A DNA stretch of 64,000 nt from NCBI GenBank assembly GCA_035906255.1, contig JAMIFM010000011.1, positions 39,607-103,606 on the forward strand. The letters are read 5' to 3'. The position numbers and the translations under genes were made by a program. The DNA is from Bacteroidia bacterium (GTDB lineage: Bacteria > Bacteroidota > Bacteroidia > UBA8524). Below the pieces are notes generated by a model that worked only from the letters and a program-made list of their open reading frames with translations, was not told where the DNA came from and made no database searches. Positions 35,785 through 46,066 of this stretch are shown piece after piece (within the stretch, counting starts at the first letter, position 1; each line of letters begins with the position of its first letter).

Positions 35785-36888
35785 ATGAAAACTACCCCTT
35801 TTGTTTATTTACTGCTCTTTTGCGCAACTGTAATCTTATTACCATCGTGCAAAGTAGGTCGTTTTGTGTTTTATAATTTTGCCGATTTAAACGACCATAA
35901 AAAGTTTCCGGCCCGAACCGTGGCAAACGATAGCGTGCGGTTTAAATTTCATCAGCCGCAAGTACCCAAATTTCCTAAGACGATTACTGTTAATAAGCGT
36001 GAAACGAGCTTTGATAAATTCTTAAAAGACAATAAAACGGTGGCTTTTTTGATAATTAAAGATGATTCTATCCATTATGAAAATTATTTTAGGGATTACG
36101 ATTCATCTTCTATTATCCCCTCTTTTTCGGTGGGAAAATCTATTCTTTCAGTCTTAATAGGATGTGCTGTTGATGATGGGTTGTTGAATGTTAATGACTC
36201 TGTTTTGAAATACTTACCCCAATTGCACAAAAGTTTTGAAAAGGTAACGGTGCGTGATTTGCTGCAAATGACTTCGGGGGTTGAGTTTAACGAAAGTTAC
36301 TGGAACCCGTTTGGCCATGCTGCTTCGTTTTATTATGGCAGGAATTTGTATAAGGAGTGTAAGAAGTTAAAGGTAAAAACCGCTCCTGCACAAGAATTTG
36401 AATACATAAGCGGAAATACCCAGTTATTGGGTTTGGTGCTTGAAAAGGCATTAAAGGGAAAGACCATTTCGCAATACATGGTGGAGAAGTTGTGGAAACC
36501 CTTGCAAATGGAATATAGTGGAAGCTGGAGCATTGACCGCAAAAAGGGCGGCGTGGAGAAAACATTTTGCTGTGTGAATGCCCGCGCCCGCGATTTTGCA
36601 AAAATAGGCCGTTTGTATCTTAACAAAGGAAATTGGAACGGTAAGCAAATACTTAGCCGCCAATGGGTTGAAACTTCAACAACCATTGATACTGCCAACG
36701 GCAGTGCTTGGTTTTATCAATACGGTTGGTGGCTGCCTACCAAAAACGGCGATTTTATGGCCATTGGTATTTTGGGGCAATACATTTATGTGAACCCTGC
36801 CAAAAACATGGTTATTGTGCGTATGGGCAAACAGGTGGGTAATGTGGATTGGCGTTATATTCTACCGTCGTTGGCTGAGGGGTATTAA
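35785..36888 (+). CDS. Serine hydrolase, beta-lactamase/transpeptidase-like family.
   Basis: S-x-x-K motif SVGKS, plus YxN-like and KTG-equivalent regions. Signal peptide beginning MKTTPFVYLLLF. The ORF track starts at 35740. Confidence 0.75.
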   Translation: MKTTPFVYLLLFCATVILLPSCKVGRFVFYNFADLNDHKKFPARTVANDSVRFKFHQPQVPKFPKTITVNKRETSFDKFLKDNKTVAFLIIKDDSIHYENYFRDYDSSSIIPSFSVGKSILSVLIGCAVDDGLLNVNDSVLKYLPQLHKSFEKVTVRDLLQMTSGVEFNESYWNPFGHAASFYYGRNLYKECKKLKVKTAPAQEFEYISGNTQLLGLVLEKALKGKTISQYMVEKLWKPLQMEYSGSWSIDRKKGGVEKTFCCVNARARDFAKIGRLYLNKGNWNGKQILSRQWVETSTTIDTANGSAWFYQYGWWLPTKNGDFMAIGILGQYIYVNPAKNMVIVRMGKQVGNVDWRYILPSLAEGY

Positions 36889-36947
36889 TTGGTGATTTAG
36901 TAGTTGTAATTAGGACTTGAACGGGGCGTTTAAATAGTCCTTTTTTC

Positions 36948-37100
36948 GTCAGTATGTTCAACCTTTTGTTCCCCTGTCATTCCGAGACGCAGCGAGGAAA
37001 CTTATTGCACGCGTGTTAACAAAACGCGATAAGTTGCTTCCTACGTCAGCATGACACGGCTATACGTCATTCCGAGGGTCTCTCCGAAGCAATCACACAT
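36948..37100 (+). repeat. Short mosaic repeat (G module plus degenerate A fragments).
   Basis: cctgtcattccgagacgcagcgaggaaacttattgcacgcgtgttaacaaaacgcgataagttgcttcctacgtcagcatgaca...cgtcattccgagggtctctccgaagcaatc matches the G/A modules of 1343-1440. Confidence 0.6.
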
Positions 37101-37223
37101 AAACAAAAAGAGGCTATCTTTTGAGACAGTCCCATACACTAAATGAAAACATCCCGAAAGGTTTAAATCTTTCGGGATGTTTTGCTTATAACGACAGGTT
37201 TTATTCCCGTCGTCTTAACTTTA

Positions 37224-38858
37224 TTACAAACTAAAAGTAATACCACCCATACCGTTCAGGCTATAAGTGGGATAGTTATACCAGCGTTGGTAACGTACTG
37301 ATGATATATTATTAAGCCTGATAAACAATGAAAGTGTTTTGCGGTAGCGATATTCCATACCAAAATTAAAATCGGCAAACGCTTTCAGGTTGGTAGCAGG
37401 CAAAGTAGTGTACTCACTGGTAGCAGGGCGTTGGTTCATCACAAACACATCGGCGCTAAACAATAGTTTATTACCAATATTGTAGGTGGTGTTCAGTTTC
37501 ACCTCAGCGGTGGGTAATTGCCAAGCCTTTTGCTTTGAGTCTTGCACTTTATAGTTGTAAACGTTTGCTGTAAGGTTCAAACGGATTTTTTCGCTGTATT
37601 GGTAAGCCAATTCAGCATTAAAACGGATTACGTGCGCATCAATATACAACGGCTTAAATCTGCGCAATACAGTACTATCGGCAATAAACACTGCCATATC
37701 ATTAAACTGGTTGTAAAACACGCGACCAATAAACCCAAAGTTGGCGTTAGCCTTTCCTTTTATACCCAAGTAGCCTTCAAAGCGGTTTACGGTATTGCCC
37801 ATTGCTATGCGGTTAGATAAAAACGGGTTTTCAGTGATAAAACTGCGCAGGGTGTTTTTTTGTAGTCCACCGTTAACTCCTGCGATGGCTGAGAAATATC
37901 CTTTCTCAATCTCATATTCGGCATCCACTACAGGGAATAAGTAAAACTTGGGTTTGGCAGTATCTTTATACACCGACGAGTTAACTCCTAACGTTAATTT
38001 CAGTTTATCGCCATTGGGTGTATAGCGGGGATTAAGGTGAACAAAATTACGGTTAAGACTGCCTAAACTGTCAGTATATGAACTATAGCTGTAGGCAAGA
38101 TTCACCTTTAGCAAGTCGTCCTTAATATTTGTTTTAAAAGAGGTAGTTACTGTGGCATCGTTCTCTTGAGCACCCCATTTATCAGTCAGGTTATGAAAAG
38201 CAACCGCGCCTTTAAACTGCATTTTGCTTTTGCCCCACTCTTTGCTTTCCCATCCTGTGTTCACGGCAAAGGTGTTGTACACCTGTTTCAAGCTATCATC
38301 GCTTGGCGTATAAGGAAAAGTTCTGTCGAAACCGTAAAAACGAAGTCCGTTACGCACATAATCAAAATCACCGAAAAGGGTACCTGTTTTAAAGAAACGC
38401 TTACCAAATAACGACACATTGTTATCAGAAAAGATGGCTTTATCAGGGCCGTTGGCCGAAAGATGCTTAATTGTTAGCCCGTATGCACTGTATTCGCTGC
38501 GTTTGTTGTGCAGGTATATCTCGGCCAAAGGAGAGGCATAGTTGCCAAACCCAAGCCTTATATGGTTGTTGCGTAGATTAGACGGAGTGTTTTTTCCCAT
38601 TTCCAACGCTTTGGGTATATCCAAACGCGATACTGTGCGGAATTGTATGGGGATAATTGAGTACGAAAGTTTGGGCAATGGCGCATCAGGAGCCTCGGCC
38701 ACCGGAGCGGTTTTTTCTTTTACTGCATCGGCCAAATAGGGCACGTAATCAGAAATCACTGTCACATCGCGGATAGACAGGGTTGTATCCTGTGCTTTAA
38801 CAGCCACACCCAACAAAACCAGCCCAAAAGTTGCTATATATCTGCCTGTTACTCTCAT
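37224..38858 (-). CDS. Outer-membrane beta-barrel protein (putative porin family).
   Basis: Signal peptide. Amphipathic beta strands throughout. C-terminal ...GITFSL. Confidence 0.55.
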   Translation of the reverse strand: MRVTGRYIATFGLVLLGVAVKAQDTTLSIRDVTVISDYVPYLADAVKEKTAPVAEAPDAPLPKLSYSIIPIQFRTVSRLDIPKALEMGKNTPSNLRNNHIRLGFGNYASPLAEIYLHNKRSEYSAYGLTIKHLSANGPDKAIFSDNNVSLFGKRFFKTGTLFGDFDYVRNGLRFYGFDRTFPYTPSDDSLKQVYNTFAVNTGWESKEWGKSKMQFKGAVAFHNLTDKWGAQENDATVTTSFKTNIKDDLLKVNLAYSYSSYTDSLGSLNRNFVHLNPRYTPNGDKLKLTLGVNSSVYKDTAKPKFYLFPVVDAEYEIEKGYFSAIAGVNGGLQKNTLRSFITENPFLSNRIAMGNTVNRFEGYLGIKGKANANFGFIGRVFYNQFNDMAVFIADSTVLRRFKPLYIDAHVIRFNAELAYQYSEKIRLNLTANVYNYKVQDSKQKAWQLPTAEVKLNTTYNIGNKLLFSADVFVMNQRPATSEYTTLPATNLKAFADFNFGMEYRYRKTLSLFIRLNNISSVRYQRWYNYPTYSLNGMGGITFSL

Positions 38859-38891
38859 TATAAAAACAATAACGGCAAAAATATAGCTTAA

Positions 38892-40805
38892 TTATAAGGC
38901 TCCTGCCTTAATACTATCCACCACAGAGGGGTCTAACAGGGTTGAAGTGTCTCCAAGATTAGACGTATTGCCCTCGGCCACTTTCCGCAAAATGCGGCGC
39001 ATAATTTTACCGCTACGTGTTTTAGGCAGCCCTGTAACCACTTGTATTTTATCGGGTTTGGCAAATGCACCTATAATGCGCGACACTATTTCTTTAATTT
39101 CAGTCCTTAGTTTATCCACGTCTTGCGGAGCATGGTGGCATATTACATACGCGTAAATACCCTGCCCTTTAATATCGTGAGGATAGGCCACCACTGCACT
39201 TTCTACCACCAACTCATGTTCATTAATGGCACTTTCCACCTCTCCCGTTCCTATACGGTGTCCTGAAACATTTATTACATCGTCAACACGGCCTGTAATT
39301 CGGTAATAACCGTCATCATCACGTTTACAACCGTCGCCTGTAAAGTAGTATCCCTTATATGCCGAAAAATAGGTTTGTGCATAGCGGTCGTCGTCTCCAT
39401 ATATCGTACGTGCCATGCCCGGCCAAGGAAATTTAACGCACAACACCCCCTCAACTCCGTTTCCGGTAATCTCATGCCCCTTTTCATCCAATAGCACAGG
39501 CTGTATGCCCGGCATGGGCAGTGTGGCAAATGCAGGTTTTAACGGGGTAATACCCGCCAGCGGGCTAATCATTACACCCCCTGTTTCGGTTTGCCACCAT
39601 GTATCAACAATTGGGCAACGGTTTTTACCCACGTTTTCGTTATACCAGTGCCACGCTTCCTCGTTAATAGGCTCGCCTACCGAACCCAGTACGCGTAAAC
39701 TATCCAGTTTAGTTCCATCAAACTGGCTCAATCCTGCGGTTTCTAAGGAACGTATTGCGGTTGGTGCAGTATAAAATATGGTTACTTGGTGTTTATCCAC
39801 TACTTGCCAAAACCTTGAAGGCGAAGGCCAAGTAGGTACTCCCTCAAAAAATACGGTGGTAGCTCCATTTAGTAACGGACCATATACAAGGTAGCTATGC
39901 CCCGTAATCCAACCCACGTCGGCTGTACACCAGTATATATCGCCTTCTTTGTACTGAAATACGTTTTTAAACGTGTAGGCCACGTATATCATATACCCTG
40001 CTGTGGTATGCAAAATACCTTTGGGTTTTCCTGTTGAACCTGATGTGTAAAGGATAAACAAAGGGTCTTCGGCATCCATTTCGGCAGGGGTATTTTGTGT
40101 AGATGCTTTTGCCATTTCATCGTGCCACCACAAATCGCGTCCCGCCGTCCAGTCAATGGCATCTCCGCTACGTTTAAATACTATGCAGGTGGTAACTGTG
40201 GGCGACGTTTTTAAAGCCTCGTCAACAATCGTTTTCAAGGCCACCGTTTTATCTCCGCGTTTAAAAGTGTCGGCTGTTATTACTGCCTTTGCACTACTGT
40301 CGTTCATCCTGTCGGCCAATGATTGTGCTGAGAAGCCCGCAAACACAATAGAATGCACAATACCAATTCGAGTGCAGGCCAGCATGGCTATACCTGCCTC
40401 GGGCACCATCGGCATATATAAAATAACACAATCCCCTTTTTTCAGTCCTTGTGCCAGTAGCACGTTGGCAAACCTGCATACTTCTGCATGCAGTTCACTA
40501 TAGGTGAGTGTTCGGGTAGCTTCGTCAGGGTTGTTTGGCTCCCAAATAATTGCCGTTTGATTGCTTCGGGTCTCAAGGTGACGGTCAAGAGCATTGTAAC
40601 ACAAATTGGTGCTACCCTCTTTAAACCACTCAACTTTTGGCGGGTTAAAATTCCATTCGAGAGTAGTTTCCCATGGTTTATACCAATGGAAGCTTTTTGC
40701 TATATCTGCCCAAAAACTTTCGGGATTTTCTACACTTTGTTTATAAACGGATGAGTATTCATCAAACGATTGTATCTGTGAAAGGGTATGCGAAGCATTG
40801 TTCAT
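38892..40805 (-). CDS. acs: Acetyl-coenzyme A synthetase (AMP-forming).
   Basis: 637 aa. AMP-binding motif YTSGSTGKPKG. Acs-specific N-terminal region and C-terminal lysine region (PKTRSGKIMRR). Confidence 0.9.
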   Translation of the reverse strand: MNNASHTLSQIQSFDEYSSVYKQSVENPESFWADIAKSFHWYKPWETTLEWNFNPPKVEWFKEGSTNLCYNALDRHLETRSNQTAIIWEPNNPDEATRTLTYSELHAEVCRFANVLLAQGLKKGDCVILYMPMVPEAGIAMLACTRIGIVHSIVFAGFSAQSLADRMNDSSAKAVITADTFKRGDKTVALKTIVDEALKTSPTVTTCIVFKRSGDAIDWTAGRDLWWHDEMAKASTQNTPAEMDAEDPLFILYTSGSTGKPKGILHTTAGYMIYVAYTFKNVFQYKEGDIYWCTADVGWITGHSYLVYGPLLNGATTVFFEGVPTWPSPSRFWQVVDKHQVTIFYTAPTAIRSLETAGLSQFDGTKLDSLRVLGSVGEPINEEAWHWYNENVGKNRCPIVDTWWQTETGGVMISPLAGITPLKPAFATLPMPGIQPVLLDEKGHEITGNGVEGVLCVKFPWPGMARTIYGDDDRYAQTYFSAYKGYYFTGDGCKRDDDGYYRITGRVDDVINVSGHRIGTGEVESAINEHELVVESAVVAYPHDIKGQGIYAYVICHHAPQDVDKLRTEIKEIVSRIIGAFAKPDKIQVVTGLPKTRSGKIMRRILRKVAEGNTSNLGDTSTLLDPSVVDSIKAGAL

Positions 40806-41008
40806 GTGCCCAATTTATAAAATTATTAATAAAGCCGCACCACTCTTTTAGTGGCTTTTGCAAAACTTTTATTACCTAAGACGGTGTATTGATGTTTAAA
40901 CGTTGACTTTGGAGCTTGTTTGATTTTTTGTAAGAAATTGCAGAAAGGAAAATTCTGTACAATTTTTAGAAATGGTTAAAAGGGATTTTTGCAGAAACAT
41001 TTAAAACT

Positions 41009-41536
41009 ATGAGAAAAGTGAAACTTTACATTGCCGCAAGTTTTGACGGCAAAATTGCCCGCCCCGACGGGGGTATTGACTGGCTGCCCAGCCCAACTGC
41101 CGAAGACTATGGCTACGAACCTTTTTACAACAGTATTGACGCTATTGTGATGGGATTTGCAACGTATGAAGTTTGCCTGAGTTTTGACGGCAAATGGCCG
41201 TATAACGGGAAAAAATCGTATGTGTTTACCCACAGTGCAACCAAACCGATATTAGACGTTGCCGAACGGGTGACTGAAAACCCTGCCGATTTTGTACGGA
41301 AACTTAAAGAACAGGATGGCGGTGATATTTGGCTGCTGGGCGGCGGGCAAATAAATACGTTGCTGCACGATGCCGGATTGATTGATGAATATATTATTGC
41401 TTATATTCCTGTTTTGCTGGGTGAAGGGATTGAGCTTTTTCCCGACATTAAAAAGCAAGTTAACCTAAGCATCACCCAACATAAGATATACGATAGCGGG
41501 ATAGCCATGTTTTATTTCAGCCCGAAAAAAGAATAA
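41009..41536 (+). CDS. Dihydrofolate reductase-like (RibD C-terminal domain) family protein.
   Basis: 175 aa. LYIAASFDGKIARPDG...GGGQ pattern typical of the RibD_C/YwjB family. Confidence 0.7.
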   Translation: MRKVKLYIAASFDGKIARPDGGIDWLPSPTAEDYGYEPFYNSIDAIVMGFATYEVCLSFDGKWPYNGKKSYVFTHSATKPILDVAERVTENPADFVRKLKEQDGGDIWLLGGGQINTLLHDAGLIDEYIIAYIPVLLGEGIELFPDIKKQVNLSITQHKIYDSGIAMFYFSPKKE

Positions 41537-41606
41537 AATATACAAGGGCTACAACCCCTTGAAACGGTTTTCGTTATATGTGTGTCTTATAACAAAACAG
41601 TACACT

Positions 41607-42674
41607 ATGAAACTAAGAATTACTGCAATAATTTTTTTCACCTTTTTTATCAGTGCCCTTAGGGCGCAAACCATAGTAGGGGGTATTCCAAGCCAAATAA
41701 ATGAGTTCCCTTGGATGGTGCAACTGGTAACCAACAACGGACAACATATTTGCGGTGGTTCGCTGATACGACCAAACTGGGTGCTTACCGCAGGCCATTG
41801 CGGTTTGGGCTATCAAAACATAGTACCCAAACCCACAAGGGCTATTATCAATGGTTTAAGCAGTGTATCACCCCAAGTAGGTTCGCAAACCATTAATATT
41901 GACACTATTATTATTTATCCGGGATACAGCATAACGGGGGATATTAATTCAGGGATAGATATTTCATTAATACGTTTAAAAAGCTACTCAACATACACCC
42001 CTTGTATTATAGCTACCGCAAATGATGCCGGCCTGATTGATGAAGGGCAACCTGTAACTGCAATGGGCTGGGGTTTGTTAAACGACGTTACCCACGACAC
42101 CCCCGACACTTTACAAAAGGCATCGATAAAAATGATAAGCCACACCACTTGCAAAAACTTATATTCTTTTAGCCATCAAGGGTATATCTGCGCAGGCTAT
42201 AAAAACCCTGATAAGCAAGCAGGCGCAGCATCAGGAGACAGTGGTGGTCCTTTGGTGGCTAAACGCAACGGCGAATGGGTACAAGTGGGTATTGTGAGCG
42301 GTGGAGCAGGACTTGTGACAACGGAAGAAGGTCCCGGTAGGTATGTAAATGTGGTAACCCTTAGCAAATGGATTGACTCAACAATTAGTGCCCAATCGGC
42401 TGCAAATTCTGTTCAAAGCATTTTTAACCCCTCGCCTATTAAGGTAATTGTTTCAGAAGGTAAACTGGCTTTTGAAACTCCTGCTGCCTACGAAAAACTT
42501 ACTGTGCAATTGCACGATATATCAGGCAGGCTATTGGTAGAAAAACAACTTACCAATGTTGACGAAGGCCGTTATGAAGTTGAAACAGGGACATTAACAC
42601 AAGGGATAAAAATTGTAACGTTTATAAACCCCACAGGCAACTACATATTGCAGCACAACAAGGTGGTGTTTTAA
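41607..42674 (+). CDS. Trypsin-like (S1) serine protease with a T9SS C-terminal domain.
   Basis: Catalytic triad contexts LTAGHC, D...SLIRL and GDSGGPL. CTD-like C-terminus. Signal peptide from the Met at 41607 (the ORF track starts at 41559). Confidence 0.8.
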   Translation: MKLRITAIIFFTFFISALRAQTIVGGIPSQINEFPWMVQLVTNNGQHICGGSLIRPNWVLTAGHCGLGYQNIVPKPTRAIINGLSSVSPQVGSQTINIDTIIIYPGYSITGDINSGIDISLIRLKSYSTYTPCIIATANDAGLIDEGQPVTAMGWGLLNDVTHDTPDTLQKASIKMISHTTCKNLYSFSHQGYICAGYKNPDKQAGAASGDSGGPLVAKRNGEWVQVGIVSGGAGLVTTEEGPGRYVNVVTLSKWIDSTISAQSAANSVQSIFNPSPIKVIVSEGKLAFETPAAYEKLTVQLHDISGRLLVEKQLTNVDEGRYEVETGTLTQGIKIVTFINPTGNYILQHNKVVF

Positions 42675-42801
42675 TAGCGATTTATTTACACAAAAAAAGG
42701 CGTAATGGGCAGTTGTGCCCATTACGCCTTTTATATTTTTACCATGCTGCAACGTTTGGCAAATAACTTTACCCATTAGTACCAACAAACCTATATCGTT
42801 T

Positions 42802-43521
42802 ATGAAAATACTACACAGGGTAATTATTTGTTTTGCCTTTGCTGCATTTTTATCAAGCTGCACAGTTAGCAAGCATAATGCTGCAAATTACGGAGGCTTT
42901 GCACGCCAACAAGGAGACATGGCGGGAATTGAAATAAAGCAAGACCAATATGCTGACGGCCGTCTTTTTGAAAATGAAGTCCCTACAGCGGCTATTGACA
43001 CACAAAAAATTGTGTACACTGCCCAAATGGATCTGACGGTTAAAAACCCCGATTCAGTTTCAAAACGCATTGTGCAATTGGTAAAAAACAATAACGGCTA
43101 TGTACAAACTGCCAACAACAGTTATCTGATAGTGAAGACTCCCAACAAAGGCATGGCGGATATTGTTGCAGGGATTGAAACGATGGGTAAAGTAACCTAT
43201 AAAAACATTGGTGCTGATGACATTTCTGATACTTATTACGATGCTGCCACACGGTTAGACAACCTGAATAAAACCCGCTTGCGTTACCTTGATTTATTAA
43301 ACAAAGTTCAAACCGTTGAAGAAATGCTGAAAGTAGAAAAAGAACTGGAACGTATAAACGGGGAAATTGAGTTATTGAAAGCCCGCCTTGCCCGAATGGA
43401 CAATAGCGTGCAGTATAGCACAATAACAATTTCACTTAACGAGAAAATAAAACCCGGTATTTTAAGTTACCCCTTTATTTGGCTATACAAAGGCGTTAGC
43501 TGGTTGTTTGTGAGGAATTAA
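42802..43521 (+). CDS. DUF4349-like lipoprotein.
   Basis: Lipobox LSSCT. Coiled-coil segment ELERINGEIELLKARLARMDN. C-terminal TM. Confidence 0.5.
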   Translation: MKILHRVIICFAFAAFLSSCTVSKHNAANYGGFARQQGDMAGIEIKQDQYADGRLFENEVPTAAIDTQKIVYTAQMDLTVKNPDSVSKRIVQLVKNNNGYVQTANNSYLIVKTPNKGMADIVAGIETMGKVTYKNIGADDISDTYYDAATRLDNLNKTRLRYLDLLNKVQTVEEMLKVEKELERINGEIELLKARLARMDNSVQYSTITISLNEKIKPGILSYPFIWLYKGVSWLFVRN

Positions 43522-43537
43522 TACTTCCTAAGCCTAC

Positions 43538-44200
43538 TAAAGGGTGCGGCGGTGGTTGGTAAGGAGTGATTAAATTATATTAACAAACGGGATAAGATGC
43601 TTCCTACGTCAGCATGACAATACTCCTAAATCCCCTGTGGGGACTTTACCAACGACGGGCAAGCGCGGCTGCCCTCCTGAGAATGCCGAAGGGTGCGGCT
43701 GTTTCCCTCCTTGGGTGGTTAGTGGGCTGGTAAGGAGGGACTAAGGGAGGTGTCAAACGGATTGCTTCAAAACCCGAAGATGGTTTTTCGCAATGACGAT
43801 AGTTGAGCGAGTGCGGCAGACAACATTTAACTCACCCAAAACAGCTTAACCTTGTCTGATAACCCAACACTTCCCCTCTCTTTGTAAGAGAGGGGCGAAT
43901 ATCAGAAAGTCGGCCAAAACAAAAATCAAGGGTGAGTCAAACAGCCCCTAAATTCTACTTCAACAAGCTCTGTTCAAACCCTAAAGGGAACTTTACCAAC
44001 GACGTACCATGCGGCAGATTTCCTGAGCTTGCCGAAGGATAGTGCCTGCTAAAGGGTGCGGCGGTGGTTGGTAAGGAGTGATTAAATTATATTAACAAAC
44101 GGGATAAGATGCTTCCTACGTCAGCATGACAATACACCTAAATCCCCTGTGGGGACTTGCTCTTCCCCGTTATTGCGAGGCCTATCCGAAGCAATCAGCT
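43538..44200 (+). repeat. Mosaic repeat array (G, A, E, B-end, C, D modules plus a second G-A copy), about 660 bp.
   Basis: The 60-nt block cctactaaagggtgcggcggtggttggtaaggagtgattaaattatattaacaaacgggataagatgcttcctacgtcagcatgacaata occurs twice (43538 and 44052). Internal modules are near-identical to 1343-1990 and 51325-51915. Overlaps the spurious ORF 44126-44365. Confidence 0.8.
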
Positions 44201-44252
44201 TGTGGACTGTTAACTACCTATCGGATTGTTCAAAATCAAAAGATGGTTTTAA

Positions 44253-45449
44253 CTACTCTACCCAACTTTTCCAGTAACCGGGGTCTTCAAGAGCAAGAGC
44301 CTGCTCAGTTATTTGCAGCGGGTAAAAAGGGTCTATCATCACCGCCAATTCTCTGGTTTCTTTAGCCCCTATCGATTTTTCAACCGTACCGGGGTGTGGC
44401 CCATGCGGGATGCCTTTAGGGTGCAGGGTAATCATACCGCGCTCAACGTGTTTGCGGCTCATAAAATCACCATCTACATAATACAAAATCTCATCACTAT
44501 CCACGTTGCTGTGGTTATACGGTGCAGGAACGGCTTGGGGATGGTAATCGAACAAGCGGGGGCAAAATGAACAAATAACAAAGTTGTGCCCCTCAAAAGT
44601 TTGGTGTACCGGAGGCGGTTGGTGCACACGACCGGTTATCGGCTCAAAATTATGGATTGAAAATCCGTAAGGATATACATACCCGTCCCAGCCAATAGCA
44701 TCAAACGGGTGGGTGGCATACGTATATGGCCACATCATGCCCTGCTTTTTAATCATCACCTTATAATCACCCTTCTCATCGTGGGTTTTAAGGTTCTCGG
44801 GCAGTTTAATATCGCGCTCGCAATACGGGCTGTGCTCAAGCAACTGGCCAAAATTATTGCGGTAGCGTTTTGGAGGAACTATGGGGCTAAACGATTCGGT
44901 AATAAACAAACGGTTATTCTCACCGTCAAACTCAAACTGGTAAATAGTACCGCGAGGTATCACCAAATAATCGCCGTATTCAAACGGTATTTCGCCGTAC
45001 AAGGTTTTTAATCTGCCCGTCCCCTCGTGTATAAAAATCACCTCATCCGCATCGGTATTCTTAAAAAAGTAATCGGTAGTTGATTTTTTAGGAGCCGCAC
45101 TGCTAATGTGCAAATCATTATTTACCAGCAAAGGCACACGGCTTTCAAGATAATCATCAACAGCAGGCACATTATAGGTTAAAAAACTGCGGTGCTGCAT
45201 ATTTTTAGCAACGGCCACCTTTGGCTCAACACTGTAGGGAGTGCCTATATCTTTTACCAGCGTGGGCGGATGGCAATGATATACCAATGAATATATGTTT
45301 GAGAAACCTTCGGTTGATACAAGTTCTTCTGCATACAAATTACCATCGGGTTTGCGGTACACAGTGTGACGCTTTTGGGGTATTGCACCCATTTTATAAT
45401 AAAACGGCATACCGCAAAGATATGGCATTTCGCAGTTATCATCCATCAT
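44253..45449 (-). CDS. hmgA: Homogentisate 1,2-dioxygenase.
   Basis: Cupin HmgA signature regions (HxxxE...H metal ligands, for example ...FEGHNFVICSF...). About 390 aa. The real start is probably an internal Met (MPFYYKMG). Confidence 0.8.
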   Translation of the reverse strand: MMDDNCEMPYLCGMPFYYKMGAIPQKRHTVYRKPDGNLYAEELVSTEGFSNIYSLVYHCHPPTLVKDIGTPYSVEPKVAVAKNMQHRSFLTYNVPAVDDYLESRVPLLVNNDLHISSAAPKKSTTDYFFKNTDADEVIFIHEGTGRLKTLYGEIPFEYGDYLVIPRGTIYQFEFDGENNRLFITESFSPIVPPKRYRNNFGQLLEHSPYCERDIKLPENLKTHDEKGDYKVMIKKQGMMWPYTYATHPFDAIGWDGYVYPYGFSIHNFEPITGRVHQPPPVHQTFEGHNFVICSFCPRLFDYHPQAVPAPYNHSNVDSDEILYYVDGDFMSRKHVERGMITLHPKGIPHGPHPGTVEKSIGAKETRELAVMIDPFYPLQITEQALALEDPGYWKSWVE

Positions 45450-45548
45450 TTAGCATACAACAACCAAGCGTTATTACTATTTACTGATAAATAGTTTGCA
45501 CCTGTTGGCACAATATGCAGCCCAACCAATTACCCTTATAAAAATCAA

Positions 45549-45881
45549 TTGCACATGAACCCATACCCAAGCCCGCAGGCTGCCCTTGATGATTTTAGCA
45601 GGGTGATTGACCAACTTGCTGCCGATTTACAATTGTATGCCGCCCGACAGCAGCCCAACTACACCTACATGGATAAGCAAAATATGCTGATACGCCACCT
45701 TACCGAGATATACAATGGCATTACTACCCTGCAACACTATGATGCTTGGACGGCTGTTGAAACCCGAATGCTAAGCTTTGTGCGGCAAGACGCTAACCTT
45801 TGCGGACACATGATACGCTTGCGCACAAAACCCGAAGGGAATAATTTTTCGCTGATTGGATATGACCCGTTTAACCCCTAA
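45549..45881 (+). CDS. Hypothetical small protein.
   Basis: 110 aa ORF with reasonable codon usage. No motifs. Confidence 0.35.
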   Translation: MHMNPYPSPQAALDDFSRVIDQLAADLQLYAARQQPNYTYMDKQNMLIRHLTEIYNGITTLQHYDAWTAVETRMLSFVRQDANLCGHMIRLRTKPEGNNFSLIGYDPFNP

Positions 45882-45882
45882 C

Positions 45883-45990
45883 TTATACTTCGACAAGTTC
45901 TGTACAAGTCTTAAAGGGAACTTTACGCACTACGAACGAGTGTGGTAGTTTCCTGAGCTTGCCGAAGGGTGCGGAGGAAGGCTTCGGAAA
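45883..45990 (+). repeat. Isolated D-module copy of the mosaic repeat.
   Basis: cttatacttcgacaagttctgtacaagtcttaaagggaactttacgcactacgaacgagtgtggtagtttcctgagcttgccgaagggtgcgg matches the D module (1749-1850, 51668-51760). Confidence 0.7.
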
Positions 45991-46066
45991 ATCTTAGGCT
46001 GGTTCAAGAGGAAAATTGTCCCTTTTTTACACCAAAAATACCCTGTACAGTTGCCAATTTGCAGGT